A stretch of 64,000 nucleotides of DNA from Marsupella aquatica (Eukaryota > Plantae > Marchantiophyta). The DNA is taken from NCBI GenBank assembly GCA_973895155.1, contig OZ316894.1:1504457-1568456 (forward strand), read 5' to 3'. The position numbers and the translations under genes are program-made. Each line of letters begins with the position of its first letter. Within the stretch, counting starts at the first letter, position 1. The notes below the pieces were generated by a model. The model worked only from the letters and a program-made list of their open reading frames with translations. It was not told the DNA's origin and made no database searches. Below are positions 46,201 through 59,100 of the stretch, in pieces.

Positions 46201-48896
46201 TTGGCGCAACTAGTGTGACACTTCAAAAGTTATGGGCTAGAAAAAGATGCAGGGAGATTATCCTGAAACGGGGAGGATAAAGTCCACACTGGGCACCTCT
46301 TATATAAGGGAAATGCCATTCTCTGTTCAAATATGCTGTAAAAATGTTTTGACTAGGTATCTGCCAAATACTAGAAAAAGTGGACTAAGAGAAATTTTGG
46401 GAAGCAAATTAAAGACACATTTTGCTGCCAAAGATGTAAACCAAGTTACAACAACGGTCATGAAACATGACTTTTTCCCTTTCCCAAATTTAAGCTACAG
46501 ATATACTTGATGGACCCCAAACTTCAAAAAGTTATTTGATCTATCCCATGAGATTTTTGGTACATTGATGTAAGGCCTATCAAGGGTCTGGATCATTAGT
46601 GGGGTCCATCACACTTTGGATTTTTGGAGTTCATCAAATAATTCTCTCAAATTTCAGCTCCTCTTCTCTCAAATTTCAGCTCCTCTGAAAACTGCCAAGG
46701 AAATGAATGATGGCAAGTTTTCCAATCATGAAGCGATAAAGGAAACTGAAATCCAGGTGAAGAATGCATTGACCACCAGAACATGGATCCATGATTCATG
46801 ATGATGATGTCTTGAATATGTTCCAATTATCTATCATATGCACACTGATGGAATTACAACATTACTTTACAATAAAATACATTTCAGCAGTTTCTGATTT
46901 TGGGGGATTCTCTGCACGTGTTGTGTCAGCTAAAACATACCGTAACTCCACATGGGCTGGTTGGTTTCAAAGTGCCCAATGTTTGTCCTTTTTGAGAGTG
47001 TCACATGGGGCTGCTTCACCTTGCTTCCACTAAGAAAGGCCCTCCTGTAATCACCTCAATAAGTTAACCTATCTTGTCACTTACCTTACCGACCATAAGG
47101 TTTGTGCAGTAATTTATTAATAAATTAACTATTTATCTATCAACCAGGTTGCCAGGAAATTGATGCCCCTACATGTTTGACAAAATGCTCGGATAGACCA
47201 TTGCCACCCAGATTCAACATTAGGAAAACCGTTTTGAACTCAGATAGCACTCTGTCTGGTCATCTGTGGTTGGTCAATCGGAGGGTTACTTTCAGATGAT
47301 CATGTTTGCACATGAATACATAATTATTGGGAGTTTGTGCCCAACAAAGTTTTATTGTGTTGCTGGCTAAACTCTGGAAAAAAACTTACAATGTATATTT
47401 TAGGAATATCCTACTCATTTTATTTTTTTACGAGAAAAAAAATCTAGTAAACTCCTTGAGTCCATTTAACAATATGTTTCGTCTGGCCAAACTTGGAAAA
47501 CCTTATTTCGTAAACATTCTAAAACAATTTCTTTTTACAGAGAAAATATGTAGGGAAATTATTTATAGCAATGACTATAATTTGAAAAGGGAAAATATGA
47601 ACTTTTGGCACACTGCATGGGCAAACCTGATTGTCCCTACCGTAGTAACAGTCCTAGGAGTAGCTCCCAAGATTTTACTTAAAATATTTGTTTGACAACA
47701 TGGGGTGTCAAGATGCCATGCGTGCATGCAGCATGGCCATTCCAGCTTGCTATTTATGGGGTCCATGTGATTTCCTGTCAGCAGCCCCCAAATGTGGTAA
47801 GCAATACAATACAAAACGGCAAGCAAAGCAATACAAAATGGAAGGAAGTGGTGGTGTTCAACAAATAAGGTCATGACAAAACAAGGAAAGAGAATAATTT
47901 GTGCCACCACCTACGTTGGCACAAGGCATAGCTCCTAAGTACTGTACGTGGCCAGGGTTCCATACACACGAAACCACGTTGGGGAGGATTATTTTATTCC
48001 CTAAACTAACTGATTAGTATTCTTCTCCCATGTGTTTCCGTTGTTATGCTGATTCATATTTTCTTTCCACGTGTGGGTTTGTTGTTGGCACTGCTGCGAT
48101 GTTATCTAACTTCCTTGTTAATGTCAGGGTTTATGACTATTTGGACTATTATATATTCAAGTCTAGGGTCAATATATAGACTCATTAATGTCTAGAGTGC
48201 TCGCCGCCCCCTCTGTCCCGTGCTCACAAGAATTCAACTCTCTCGACTTTTTCTGAGTTTAAAAAAGTTATGTGTGAACTACACTTTTGGGTGGGTCAAA
48301 AGAATAAAAGTCTAGCAGGATTATGCTATTGCACCTGCCTGACCCCCCTCCAACCGGTCTGCCATTGACCCATGGCTTGGTTGACGGTAGTTTTTGTCAT
48401 GTCTAGTATGTACATCAGTAATTTAGGTTAGCAACGGCCCCCCTTAACACACTGGCCAATAAAAACTTGATTGGCCTCAATATATGCTTAGGAGTTTTCT
48501 TATCAGACAATTGTCTAGAATGAGAAAGAGAGTATTCCAGAGGAGGGGACCTAGCCAGTTCAAAAATATTCCATTGCCTCTTATTTCCGAATCAAGATGT
48601 AGGGGAGTTTTTTGGGAGAAGAGCTAGTGAGGCGTTTATTACCCTAAACAACAAACTGAAAAGTCCGACAAAACTCTGGAGTAACCCTTATTACCACAAT
48701 GGCAAAAGAAGTAAAGCCCGACTAAGGAACAAGGTGAAAAGTTTGATACAACTCTAGAGTAACCAACATAGGAGGGTCACAAAAAGGCGGTTGTCCCAAG
48801 GCCCTAGTAGGAAGGCTTTGAATCACAGTTAAAGAAGAACATTCGAGTCACACTAAACATTCTTGTGCTGTAACATTTGATGAAATAAAAAAGAGT

Positions 48897-49173
48897 AAAA
48901 GTGTTACTTCTTTTTCATTTGTGCAATGTGGGCAGAAGGTAGCATGCCGGTGTCAACTCCTTTGTTATAGTAGCTTGCACCAGCTGTGCTGAGCGCTAGG
49001 CAAAATTCATTGCCAGTTCAGAGGAGCTCTAGATGAGGAAAAGTGTTACTTCTTTTTCATTTGTGCAATGTGCGCAGATGGTAGCATGCCAGTGTCAACT
49101 CCTTTGTTATAGTAGCTTGCACCAGCTGTGCTGAGCGCTAGGCAAAATTGATTGCCAGTTCAGAGGAGCTCTA
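48897..49173. repeat. 142-bp tandem duplication
   Basis: aaaagtgttacttctttttcatttgtgcaatgtg...gccagttcagaggagctctag at 48897 and 49039. Confidence 0.9.
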
Positions 49174-50156
49174 GGTGATTACACTGAGTATGTGCTTTTG
49201 ACTATTGGCCAATGTCCACTTTGCTTTAGGTTCACCATAGCTAGAGCTCTTCTAGCACTTTAAATGTTAAGTTTCCTGTCAGTGTGCGTACTACTTAGGT
49301 CACTCTCCAAAAATGTTAGAGCCTCTCCAATGGTAGGGTCAAATGATATTTTAACTCTAAAAAGAGCATATAGGGAGAGATGACTTCCCAGTATTGGGCC
49401 CTATCCCTAAATAATTGGGAGGGAGCCTCCATTTCACAAACCTGGCTGCCATATTTTAAAGAAATGACAGCCAAGAAAGAGTACTCTATTCTAGCCTGTA
49501 TTCCCATCTATGTGAGCGATTTCACCGCATATCACAAGTAATACCAGAAAGGCGAAGGATGCAGTTTGACACATTACACAACAATGTACATATTTCTGAA
49601 GCATTTATCTCCATATTTTCCATGGGAGTCCATTTTCTCCTGTCGAGCACTCTGTATACTACATTCTATCACAAAACCTGAAAATTGATACAAAATTGGA
49701 GTTGAAATCTCTAAACTGAGAGAGACAGCGTCTGCAGCAAAAGTCCCACCTCTGGAGTTTCGTGTGTCATAAATGCACCAAATCAGGATTTAAACTAGCC
49801 CCACTTCTTTCTCCAAGATTTCACTTGCTTCTAAACAACGATCCGAGTTGTAATGTGTGGTATACGAAATCTCCTTCCCCCCCCAAAACCAGTTTGTCCA
49901 AAGCTGAAATCGAACATTAACCTCCAATCCCAGAACATGAACAGCTTCTGAAATCCAGTATCGAGCTTCTCGTTGGCACAGCCGGTAGAGAGGTATGGCT
50001 GCAAACTGGACCCAAATTGGAAGCCAAAGCATGTACTCGTGACTGCTGTGTGTTATCACAAATGGTTGAAGATGACGTCAATTTGTGAAACCTGATTTTA
50101 TTGATCTCAACTTGGCCGACGTCAAATATCAAGGATGCATATTCGAATTAACAGAA

Positions 50157-53100
50157 TTAGTCCCATTCAAAAGATCCACCTTTGGACGGGGTATCTGGTC
50201 TGGTAACAGGTTGAGAAGGACCTGTCAAAGAGAGTAAAATCCGAACGTCAAGTCACAAAGTGTCCAGAGGAATTTTAGATCCATCCAGATAACTTGAAAA
50301 CCAAATCTGATTTTTAAATTAGAGTTTGTGGCTGAAAGAAAGTGCATTTCATGACGGACAATTACCTGCACCAAATCCAGGTCCGATTCCTCTGCTTCCA
50401 ACTGATTGTCGGGCAGCTGCATGCACCACGAGTTGCATTCCGTTGAGCTCTGATGCATCCAGTTGTAGAGCCTTACAAAACGATTCCCTCTCCGCAAACT
50501 CCACATATGCGAATCTGGATAAAGCCAAAAGTACATCAACAGGAACAAGGTTCAACACTAGTGTCCATGCGATCCAAATGTCTCCTCTTAAGTTCCACTA
50601 GAGACCTCTAAAGTTCCACTTATAACTTCAATTCTTTGGAGGGAACTGAGGAAAGACATCCCTCTTGGGACACACAAGCACATATTGACGGTACTTGCTG
50701 GGTACTTCATTATTCTTAAACATGCTCCCAAGCACGTCACCGTCAGGAGGTTGGCACACAAGCACAAAATTTGGAAAGGAAAACATATGTAGTAAAACCC
50801 ACGACCATACGGGACAGTAAGACAGAGAGAAAGAGAGACCCCTTGATATCTCCCGAGATTCTGTCAGTTGGAAGTCCGATTCGGACAATCCCCCCACAAC
50901 TGGCAAAATGATCATTTAAAGCGTTTTTAATCTGTCAGACAAACAATCAGAAGTTGGTCAGTCGGGTCATCAACGCTACAATTTGAAATAAGATAGATCA
51001 CAGAATCGCGAACACAGAATCGCCTTTTTACATTTCCAAAATGGTCTATCCATTGACATCCAATAGGACACTAACGAGTCTTTCGCTTGAGACTCACTGA
51101 ATTCTCATCCTGGAGTCTATCAAAACCTTTCACAAAAGCAGTCCTGTCACCGCCAGTGAAGCCACGACCGCCCTGGCCGGCAACATTCACCGTTAGAAGA
51201 CGTCCTTTCAGACGTGGATTCTCTAGCTGTATTGCTTTATCAAGTTCCTCTTTCTCACTGAACTCGACAAAAGCAATCCTGCACAAACAAAGCAACTAGT
51301 TCAGAAAAATGAATGGGATTCACCGCCACAGGTCTTCCGACCAAAACTCAACAGAGTCATTTCATAGCAAGAAGCAGTTGGGAGCAGCAGATACCCGAGC
51401 AATCATCTCAAGAAAGTCATCAAGCCAGGTAAGGTAGGTACCCCTTAGACAAATTAGTCTCTTTCTCTAACGGAACTCTAATGTTGACGATCTTGCCGTA
51501 ACTTTCAAAAATCTCCTTCAAGCCCTCCCGGATCTGTCCAAGAGAACCACGTATGCATAATCAGCTCAAGACCTATTCCAAAAGAGTGAAGACAAGCAAA
51601 TCACTTACTAAATAAGGCAAGACTTCTCCGAGACCACAAAGTGGTCAGATGGACTAAGATATGAGCCAAATCATAATTGATAAATTGTTTGAACTGGTAC
51701 TCACCTCCTTTTCCTTCATGAGTCTATCGAATCCTTTTACAAACATTGTGTGCGCTGTACGACCAGCTCCTTCCCTGGGACCTTGGGGTGGTGGTTGCCC
51801 TGAAGCATTGATCTGCATTCTTCTGTCTTGGACGATAACTCCATCTAACTTTAGAGCCTTCTCAAAGGCATCCTTCTCACTAAACTCTACATAGGCAAAT
51901 CTGTAGAAAAGAGAGACATTCATAGTAAGAAGCTTGACAGAAGGCAAAAAGTAGAATAATTAAAATAAACAACAGAGCAGTAGGGAATCGATGCGTGTTA
52001 ATATATCCACTCTGCAGGAAAAATGCTTAATCTTAGTCCTGGATCTACCACGAAGGGGAAGCGAGGAAAGGTGAACCAACCCCTTAATCTGCCCATCTTT
52101 CTCTGTAATTATTCGAGTGCTGACAATACTTCCACAGTCAGCAAAAAGAACTTCCAAATTTTTACGGATCTGCATAGACATCCAACCTTAGAATAATAAG
52201 AACATTGCAAAGTGCAAATGCCCATTTCATCCATTGACAGACGCTGTTCAATAATCACATCGAGTTCTACTTTTGGAGAAAAATAATCTCAACCTTCTAT
52301 GCTACAATATAAAATGGCATATCAGTTTGTCAGCAGATAATCATTCTCCACCCAACATCGATCAGAGTAGCTGCACTGCACGAAGTGCGTCCTCACCAGA
52401 CCCTCGTCCAAGTCTCTATCGAAACCCTTCACATATACTGTTTTCTCCGCGTCACCTCGCCCCCGAGCTCCCCCATGTCCTCCACTGAAGTCCCCTCCAC
52501 CCCAAGCACCTCCACCTGACGGAGGTTGTTGTCCGGCCTCATTCACCACTAAGGTGAGGCCTTCATACTTGGAACCATTCAGCTCCAAGGCCTTTGACAA
52601 GGCATCCTTGTTGGCAAACTCAACAAAAGCATTCCTACGGAGACGTCAAGAGCTTAGACCCAAACGGTGGAAGCTGGAACGAAACAAATTCCTTTTAATG
52701 GAAGACTACCGTCTAGTTTTCGCAGCTGAACTTGAGGAGAGAATGGACTACTAAACTCGATCAATTCTCAATGAGTATATCATTTAAGTGAGAAGAACGC
52801 ACACCACAAAATTGTCCTCTCTGTGGCTTTCTTGTTGGCTAAAGCTGGAAACAAATCTGTAGACGAGGCAAACCGACCACTACATTTCAATTGTTACGGA
52901 AGAGATGCGCTCAGATGCCCAAAGACAAGGAGTGTACCCTTTGCCTGCGCCTGTGTCTCTGTCTTTTGGAATTCGGACATCGATGACTTCACCACATTCA
53001 GCAAAATGTTGTTTCAAACCATTTCGTATCTGGATGAAACAGCATTGAAAATTGATCCTCAGATCCAAAACCATGATGCAAGAAAATAAATCTGACCTGT

Positions 53101-56100
53101 AATGAATTGAATGGTTTACCATTTTTTTACCCTCCAGTTAGACATTCAAGTATCAATACGTTGCTTACCAGCAATCTGCTAGAATTCACAACAATTATAT
53201 GAAAATTTTCCGGCATGAATGATTAAACCCTTGTCCTAGTTTGAGATGGACACTGGCTCTCACTGATTCTTCAGCCTGGGACTTATCAAATCCTCTCACG
53301 AATACTGTTTTGTCATTCCCACTTCGACCTGCTCCACCTGCTCCTGATTGCCCAGAGGGATTCACAGTAATGGTACTTCCATTGAGGTCTGAATTATTGA
53401 GACCTAGGGCGCTTTCAAATGCATCCTTTTCACTGAACTCCACATATGCAAACCTGACACAGGAAACGAAAATATGAGAAGAAGACCAGAAGTAAGGAAT
53501 CTACCCATATTCCTGAATCTACTACAATTAAGGCATAGCCAACGATATCGTATAGGGCTGATATTCTTTTATGGATATCTAGTCTCTACAAGCTCTATTA
53601 CCCACTCAGAAATAAAAATCCAACATGTCGTGTCAGGGACCAAATTGACTAACGAGATCAAGGAGGTAAGAGACCCTTTTATCTCCTTGGTATCTTTGTC
53701 AGTTAGGATCTTGATTCTCACAACATTGCCACACGATGCAAAATGCTCCTTCAGTTGTTTTCGAATCTGCATAGATACGGACATTGGATCAAGGAAACAT
53801 TTCTTCCAAAGTAAAACAAGGTCATATGAAAATTTTGCAGTGGAAGTTATGGGTAGTGCACGGCCCAGTAAAATATAGGATAAATTATACAACATTTATG
53901 CAAACATAGCCATCAGCGACAGATCATGCTCACCGACTCCTCCTCCTGAGATTTGTCAAAACCTCTCACATATGCTGTCTTCTCAGGGTCCCCTCGAGAA
54001 GCACCATAACTGCCTTGATCAGCACCAAAACCCCCCCCACTCTCTCCTCCGCCTCCCCAACCCCAAGGGCTGGGATCCACATTGAAAGTTGCTCCCCCTC
54101 CATCTGATCTACTACCTCCACCCCGTCCACCGGAGGGTTGCCCAGCCTCATTAATTACAAGAGTCTGACCATTAGATTCCGAACCATTCAAATCTATCGC
54201 TTTTGCCACGGATTCCGGGTCCTTAAACTCTACAAAAGCTATCCTGTATGGATCAAGAATACAAGAAGGACAGTTATCAGAGATAGCCACACAATATATT
54301 AAACCATGATGAAAATCCAAAGACTGCCTCTGGCCCATGCCACTCGCAATTGTGAAGCTTGAGTAATACTGTGAATTGTCTATACAAGATGATTCTCTTA
54401 TGCCATGATATTATTATTGTCAAAAGGTGAATGTTGTCTGACCGGACAGGTCGAAGACAAGTCACTTACTCCGATTTTGCATTTGCAGAGACGATTTCTA
54501 GCTTTTGAATGATTGAAGTCAAATAAAGGGAGATACGTACCCTTTAATTCCCGCATCCCTATCTGTTGGAATTCGCACGTTGACAACTTCTCCACACGTA
54601 GAAAAAAATTCATTCAAACCATTCCGTATCTGTGCAAGAAAACGTACATTAGAACAAATACATTACTTTCTGTCGAGCTCTCCGTCAAGTTGAATGCTGC
54701 ACCATCGTGGTATAGCGGTCAATCAGAAGTGCTAAGCAATATGTCATACCAAAAATATGAAGACATAGAAAGTGCGGACTGTATAGGGCATTTTGATAAA
54801 TAAAACAAAACACGAATAGAAAGAGCCCACTTTCTATTTCTACTCACCGTGGATTCTTCCTGCATTTTGTCAAAACCTGTCACAAATACTGTCCTGTCAT
54901 TGTTTCGACCACCACTGCCACCTCCTCCAGATGCACGAGGTTGCCCAGAGGCATTTACTACTAACGTCTTCCCGTCACAGTTAGAACCATCTCTAAGCAA
55001 TGCGTTCTCAAAGCCCGCCATTTCACAGAATTCCACGTAAGCAAACCTGCAGACAAGATACCATCACGAAGTACCAAGAGAATCTTAAGTGATGGCCAGT
55101 TACTTGTAATTACATCCCACACCATGCTTCCAAACAACTTGCTGTTGTTTTACCAATGAGATACTCGACTATCCGAGACTCTGATGTGAGTCATTTTTAT
55201 CCAGAAGACAGAAGGTGCATCAAAATTCGTGACCCGCCAAAACTCGAACGAAGATTAAAGACTCATGGACGGAGAATATACCCTTTGATCTCTCCGGTGT
55301 CTTTCTCTGTTGGTATCTTAACTCTGACAATTTCTCCACATTCTCCGAAATGTGATTTTAAAGTATTTCGAATCTGCACACACAACCATTAATAGGAATC
55401 GGATGAAACACCATCTTTTATTCTAAGAAGAATCTCTAGGAGTGAACACTCAGTTCTCTCAGGAAAACAGACACAGCATGCAATGTTCGTCTATGAATGA
55501 AATTCTTCGGCGGTAATTCGCACTTACTGATTCCTCCTCCTGAAGCTTGTCAAATCCCCTCACATATACGGTTTGTTCTTGGTTCCCACGAGCCCCAGCC
55601 CCACGACCACCCCCATTGCCACCAAAGCCTCCGTCTCCACCAGAGGCACCTCCGCCCCAAATACCCTCATCTCCCCCACCATAGGTAAATCCTCCACCAC
55701 CCGCACCTGAAGGAGGGGGTTTTCCTGCTTCATTGACGACAAGGTTGCATCCCTTGCATGGTTCACCATTCATCTTTAAGGCCTTGTCCAACCCTTCCCT
55801 TTCCTTGAAGTCAACAAAGGCTATTCTGCATTTACAAATGTCGTAGTGCATTTCAAAACCGGATTGGCAGATCTAATATAAAACGATGGGAAACATACCA
55901 TTCAAACTTCAGCAAAACGCAGAGCCAACACGGGAATCATTTTACTCAGGTCCTATTCCGGGTAGAGTGAACTACGAGGAAGTAAAAAAATCCAGACAAT
56001 CTATGCCCCCTTCTTTGCAAATAACATCTCCCGTTTATCCTGATCTTCCGCGCTGGAGCACTTGGGCTCTAGAATACAGAATAAAGTTCACAAGGTGATC

Positions 56101-59100
56101 TCATTTGAGGAAAAATTAAAGATCTCTCGCAAGTTGTGTTTCAATGACATAAGTCTGCATACTAAAAACATTCTTATAAGGAAAAATGAGTAGTCGGGGG
56201 ACTTGAGAGACAGCTACAGGGACACTAAAGTTCATAGCTAAGTAAAAAAAACGAAATAGAGATAAAAGGTAGACAGAGACCCTTTGATTTCGCCAGATTC
56301 TTTATCCGTCGGGATTCTAATGTTACTGATCTCGCCACAAGCTTCAAAATGTGATGTTAAACTAGATCGGATCTGCACAAACCCACGTCAAAAAATAACA
56401 ATCAGATGGAGTACAAGAACACATACGCTTAACTATATAACTTCGAGAATTCAGCTAAATGGGGCTTGCAAAACTTGCATATTCTTATCAGGAGAAATAA
56501 CTTCAAGAAGTGGAAAAGTTGGACTCACTGAAGCTTCATCCACTTTCTCAAATCCTCTCACATACGCTGTTGTATCAGATCCACTACGATCTCCTCCAAA
56601 ACCACTACCCCCTCCGCTGCCGAACCCACCACCAGCACCACCTCCTCCACCAGAAGACGCATTTACAATTAGCCTCCGTCCATTAAGGTCTGACCCATTC
56701 TTTCCTAAAGCTTTTTCGTAGTCCTCCATATCGCCAAACTCCACATAAGCAATCCTGAGGAAACAAGTCTTTCTCAGATCTCCATGTAAGAACTAAGCTC
56801 CAATACATTCCCCTTGCACGGTCAATAATGCATGCTTTGTTAACAAATGTGTTGACAATGAATGACCATAGCCATCTCACACAGCAAACCTTTAGAGCCC
56901 AAAGTCATGCAAATTTTCTGCAAGAGTTGGCTCCATATAATTCTATGCTGTCCTCAAATAATTTTCTCTCTGCAATCGCTCAAGGTATCTCTCTCAAGCA
57001 AGAGAACGAGCTGTTCACCACTCAGCTACAAACTTTTGGAGAGTCATTCATTCTACACAATTGCGCTCATCGGTTCATATTTCCAAACCAACGGAACTCT
57101 ACTTTCTTTACAAGGCCAAATGCGGAAAGGAACAATATTTGCAGAAGAAGAAAAAGCGACATACCCTTTTGAGTCACCATTATCCTTGTCTTTCGGAATT
57201 CTAACGTTGACGATCTCGCCACAATCCCCAAAGTGAGACATCAGGTGTTCTCGTATCTATCCATGTGGTGCCAATTGGAAATCATCAGATCCAAGTATCA
57301 AAACCAAGAAATGAGTCACATTGTCTGGTAAATTTAGTGACCCTTGTCAAAAGTGCTAAGAACACCAAACACCCACTCCTTGCAGAAATATCCAAATGCT
57401 TTTCAAATAATCAGTAGGAAAAAGACAATACCATGTCTTCACCCTCAGACTTCTCAAAGCCTTTGACAAATACTGTCTTCTCAGCATCACCACGGCCACG
57501 ACTACCTCCTCCACCTTCTCCGCCATGGCCTCCACCTCCATCACCTCCACCTCCATCACCTCCCGGTGACTGTCCGGAAGGGTTCACCACCAGACTTGTT
57601 CCATTGAAATTTGAACCATGCTTCTCTATAGCCAGATCAAAGGCGTCCTTGTCACTGAACTCAATAAATGCGATCCTGCATGACAACGGAGTCACCAACA
57701 TCTCAACATGTTAAAAATACTTTACAAGGCCAAAGCCCAGGTGTTAGGTTAAAGGACTACTTTCAAAGAAAGTACCATCATCATCAGAATAATCCAGCAC
57801 TTAATAACAGACTTCTCTCTGACTACAAGATATGAACGAGGGAGAGGGAGACCCTTTGCATTCGCCCGAGTCTCTGTCTGTCGGAACTCGAACATTCACA
57901 ATATGGCCACAATCACTGAAATGTGAAGTCAAATCACTTTCTATCTGCAAAGGAGCAGACACATGATGCATTAGAATGACCATTTTCTTTGAACACATAC
58001 AACAGATCTACTAACAATTTCATAAGTTGACGGATGAGAAAAACGAAGAAATTTATTTACTTCTAAGAGAAGGTCGAGTATTACACACCGCTTTCGCATC
58101 TGGTGACTTATCAAAACCTTTAACAAACACGGTAAGCTCTGGGTTACCGCGTGAACGCTCCGTTGGCCCACCTTGGCCAGCTGCATTTACAGTGAGAAGC
58201 TGTCCATTAAAGTCTGATTTGTCCAAAACGAGAGCCTTCTCAAATGAATCCCTGTTGGTGAACTCCAGAAGAGCAAACCTGTGCACAGGAGCACATCCCG
58301 AATATAAGGTTAGTTGCAAGAACCTAATGATCAAACAGCAACACATCAAGAACTTATCCCAGAAGAGCACAGAGGAGTCCTGAATCTCCATAATGAACTG
58401 ATAATCCCTTGCAATAATGAACTAATAATTTTAGCACAAGCAATAACAATCCAGCAACTTCACCATTATCGTTCCAGCAGCGCGTAAGTGAATATTGCTA
58501 CAACCAATACGCCACCAAACCAGCCCATTTTTGGAACCTTTCTCGGCAAGATATTATCCAAAGACCTTAGACAGTTCCCAATGCAATGACATTAATCAGG
58601 ACTCTAGAAAATATTGTCATGATATTCTCATGGAGAGTTCTATATATAGTAGTATTGAGAGACAAACCCTTTCATCTCTTCCTTTCCTCTGTCTGTTGGC
58701 ACTCGAACGTTGAGAATGCCACCACAAGAGGAAAAATGCCGATACAAACCACCTCTAATCTGCACAGAAAGTCATGAGATGGAGTGAAAAGAACTACAGT
58801 TAGTAATTTTGAAGTATTACTCCAGTAGATGAATGTTGAAAAGGCATTTATGGCTTCAAACTATTTTGTCACAAGGAGCGGAAACACAAGTGTGCATCCG
58901 TTTACCAGAAGTTACTCACAAAAGTCTCGGACAACGATTTATCAAAACCTTTGACAAATATAGTTAATTCAGGATCGCCCTTCACACGCTCTGGTTTAGG
59001 GCCCGTTGGGATCTTTGCACTGCAAGATTAAGGTTGTAGAACAAGATCAAGTATAAGCAAATACAAGATACATGATGTTGGAAAGATCAAAACAAGCCCT

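Noticed and set aside
50157-59019. Stand-alone nucleolin gene
   Set aside because: No start codon or nucleolin-type acidic N-terminal exons were seen; it has 11 RRMs rather than 2; and its first exon is phase-compatible with the RPB3 donor. Not fully excluded without transcripts.
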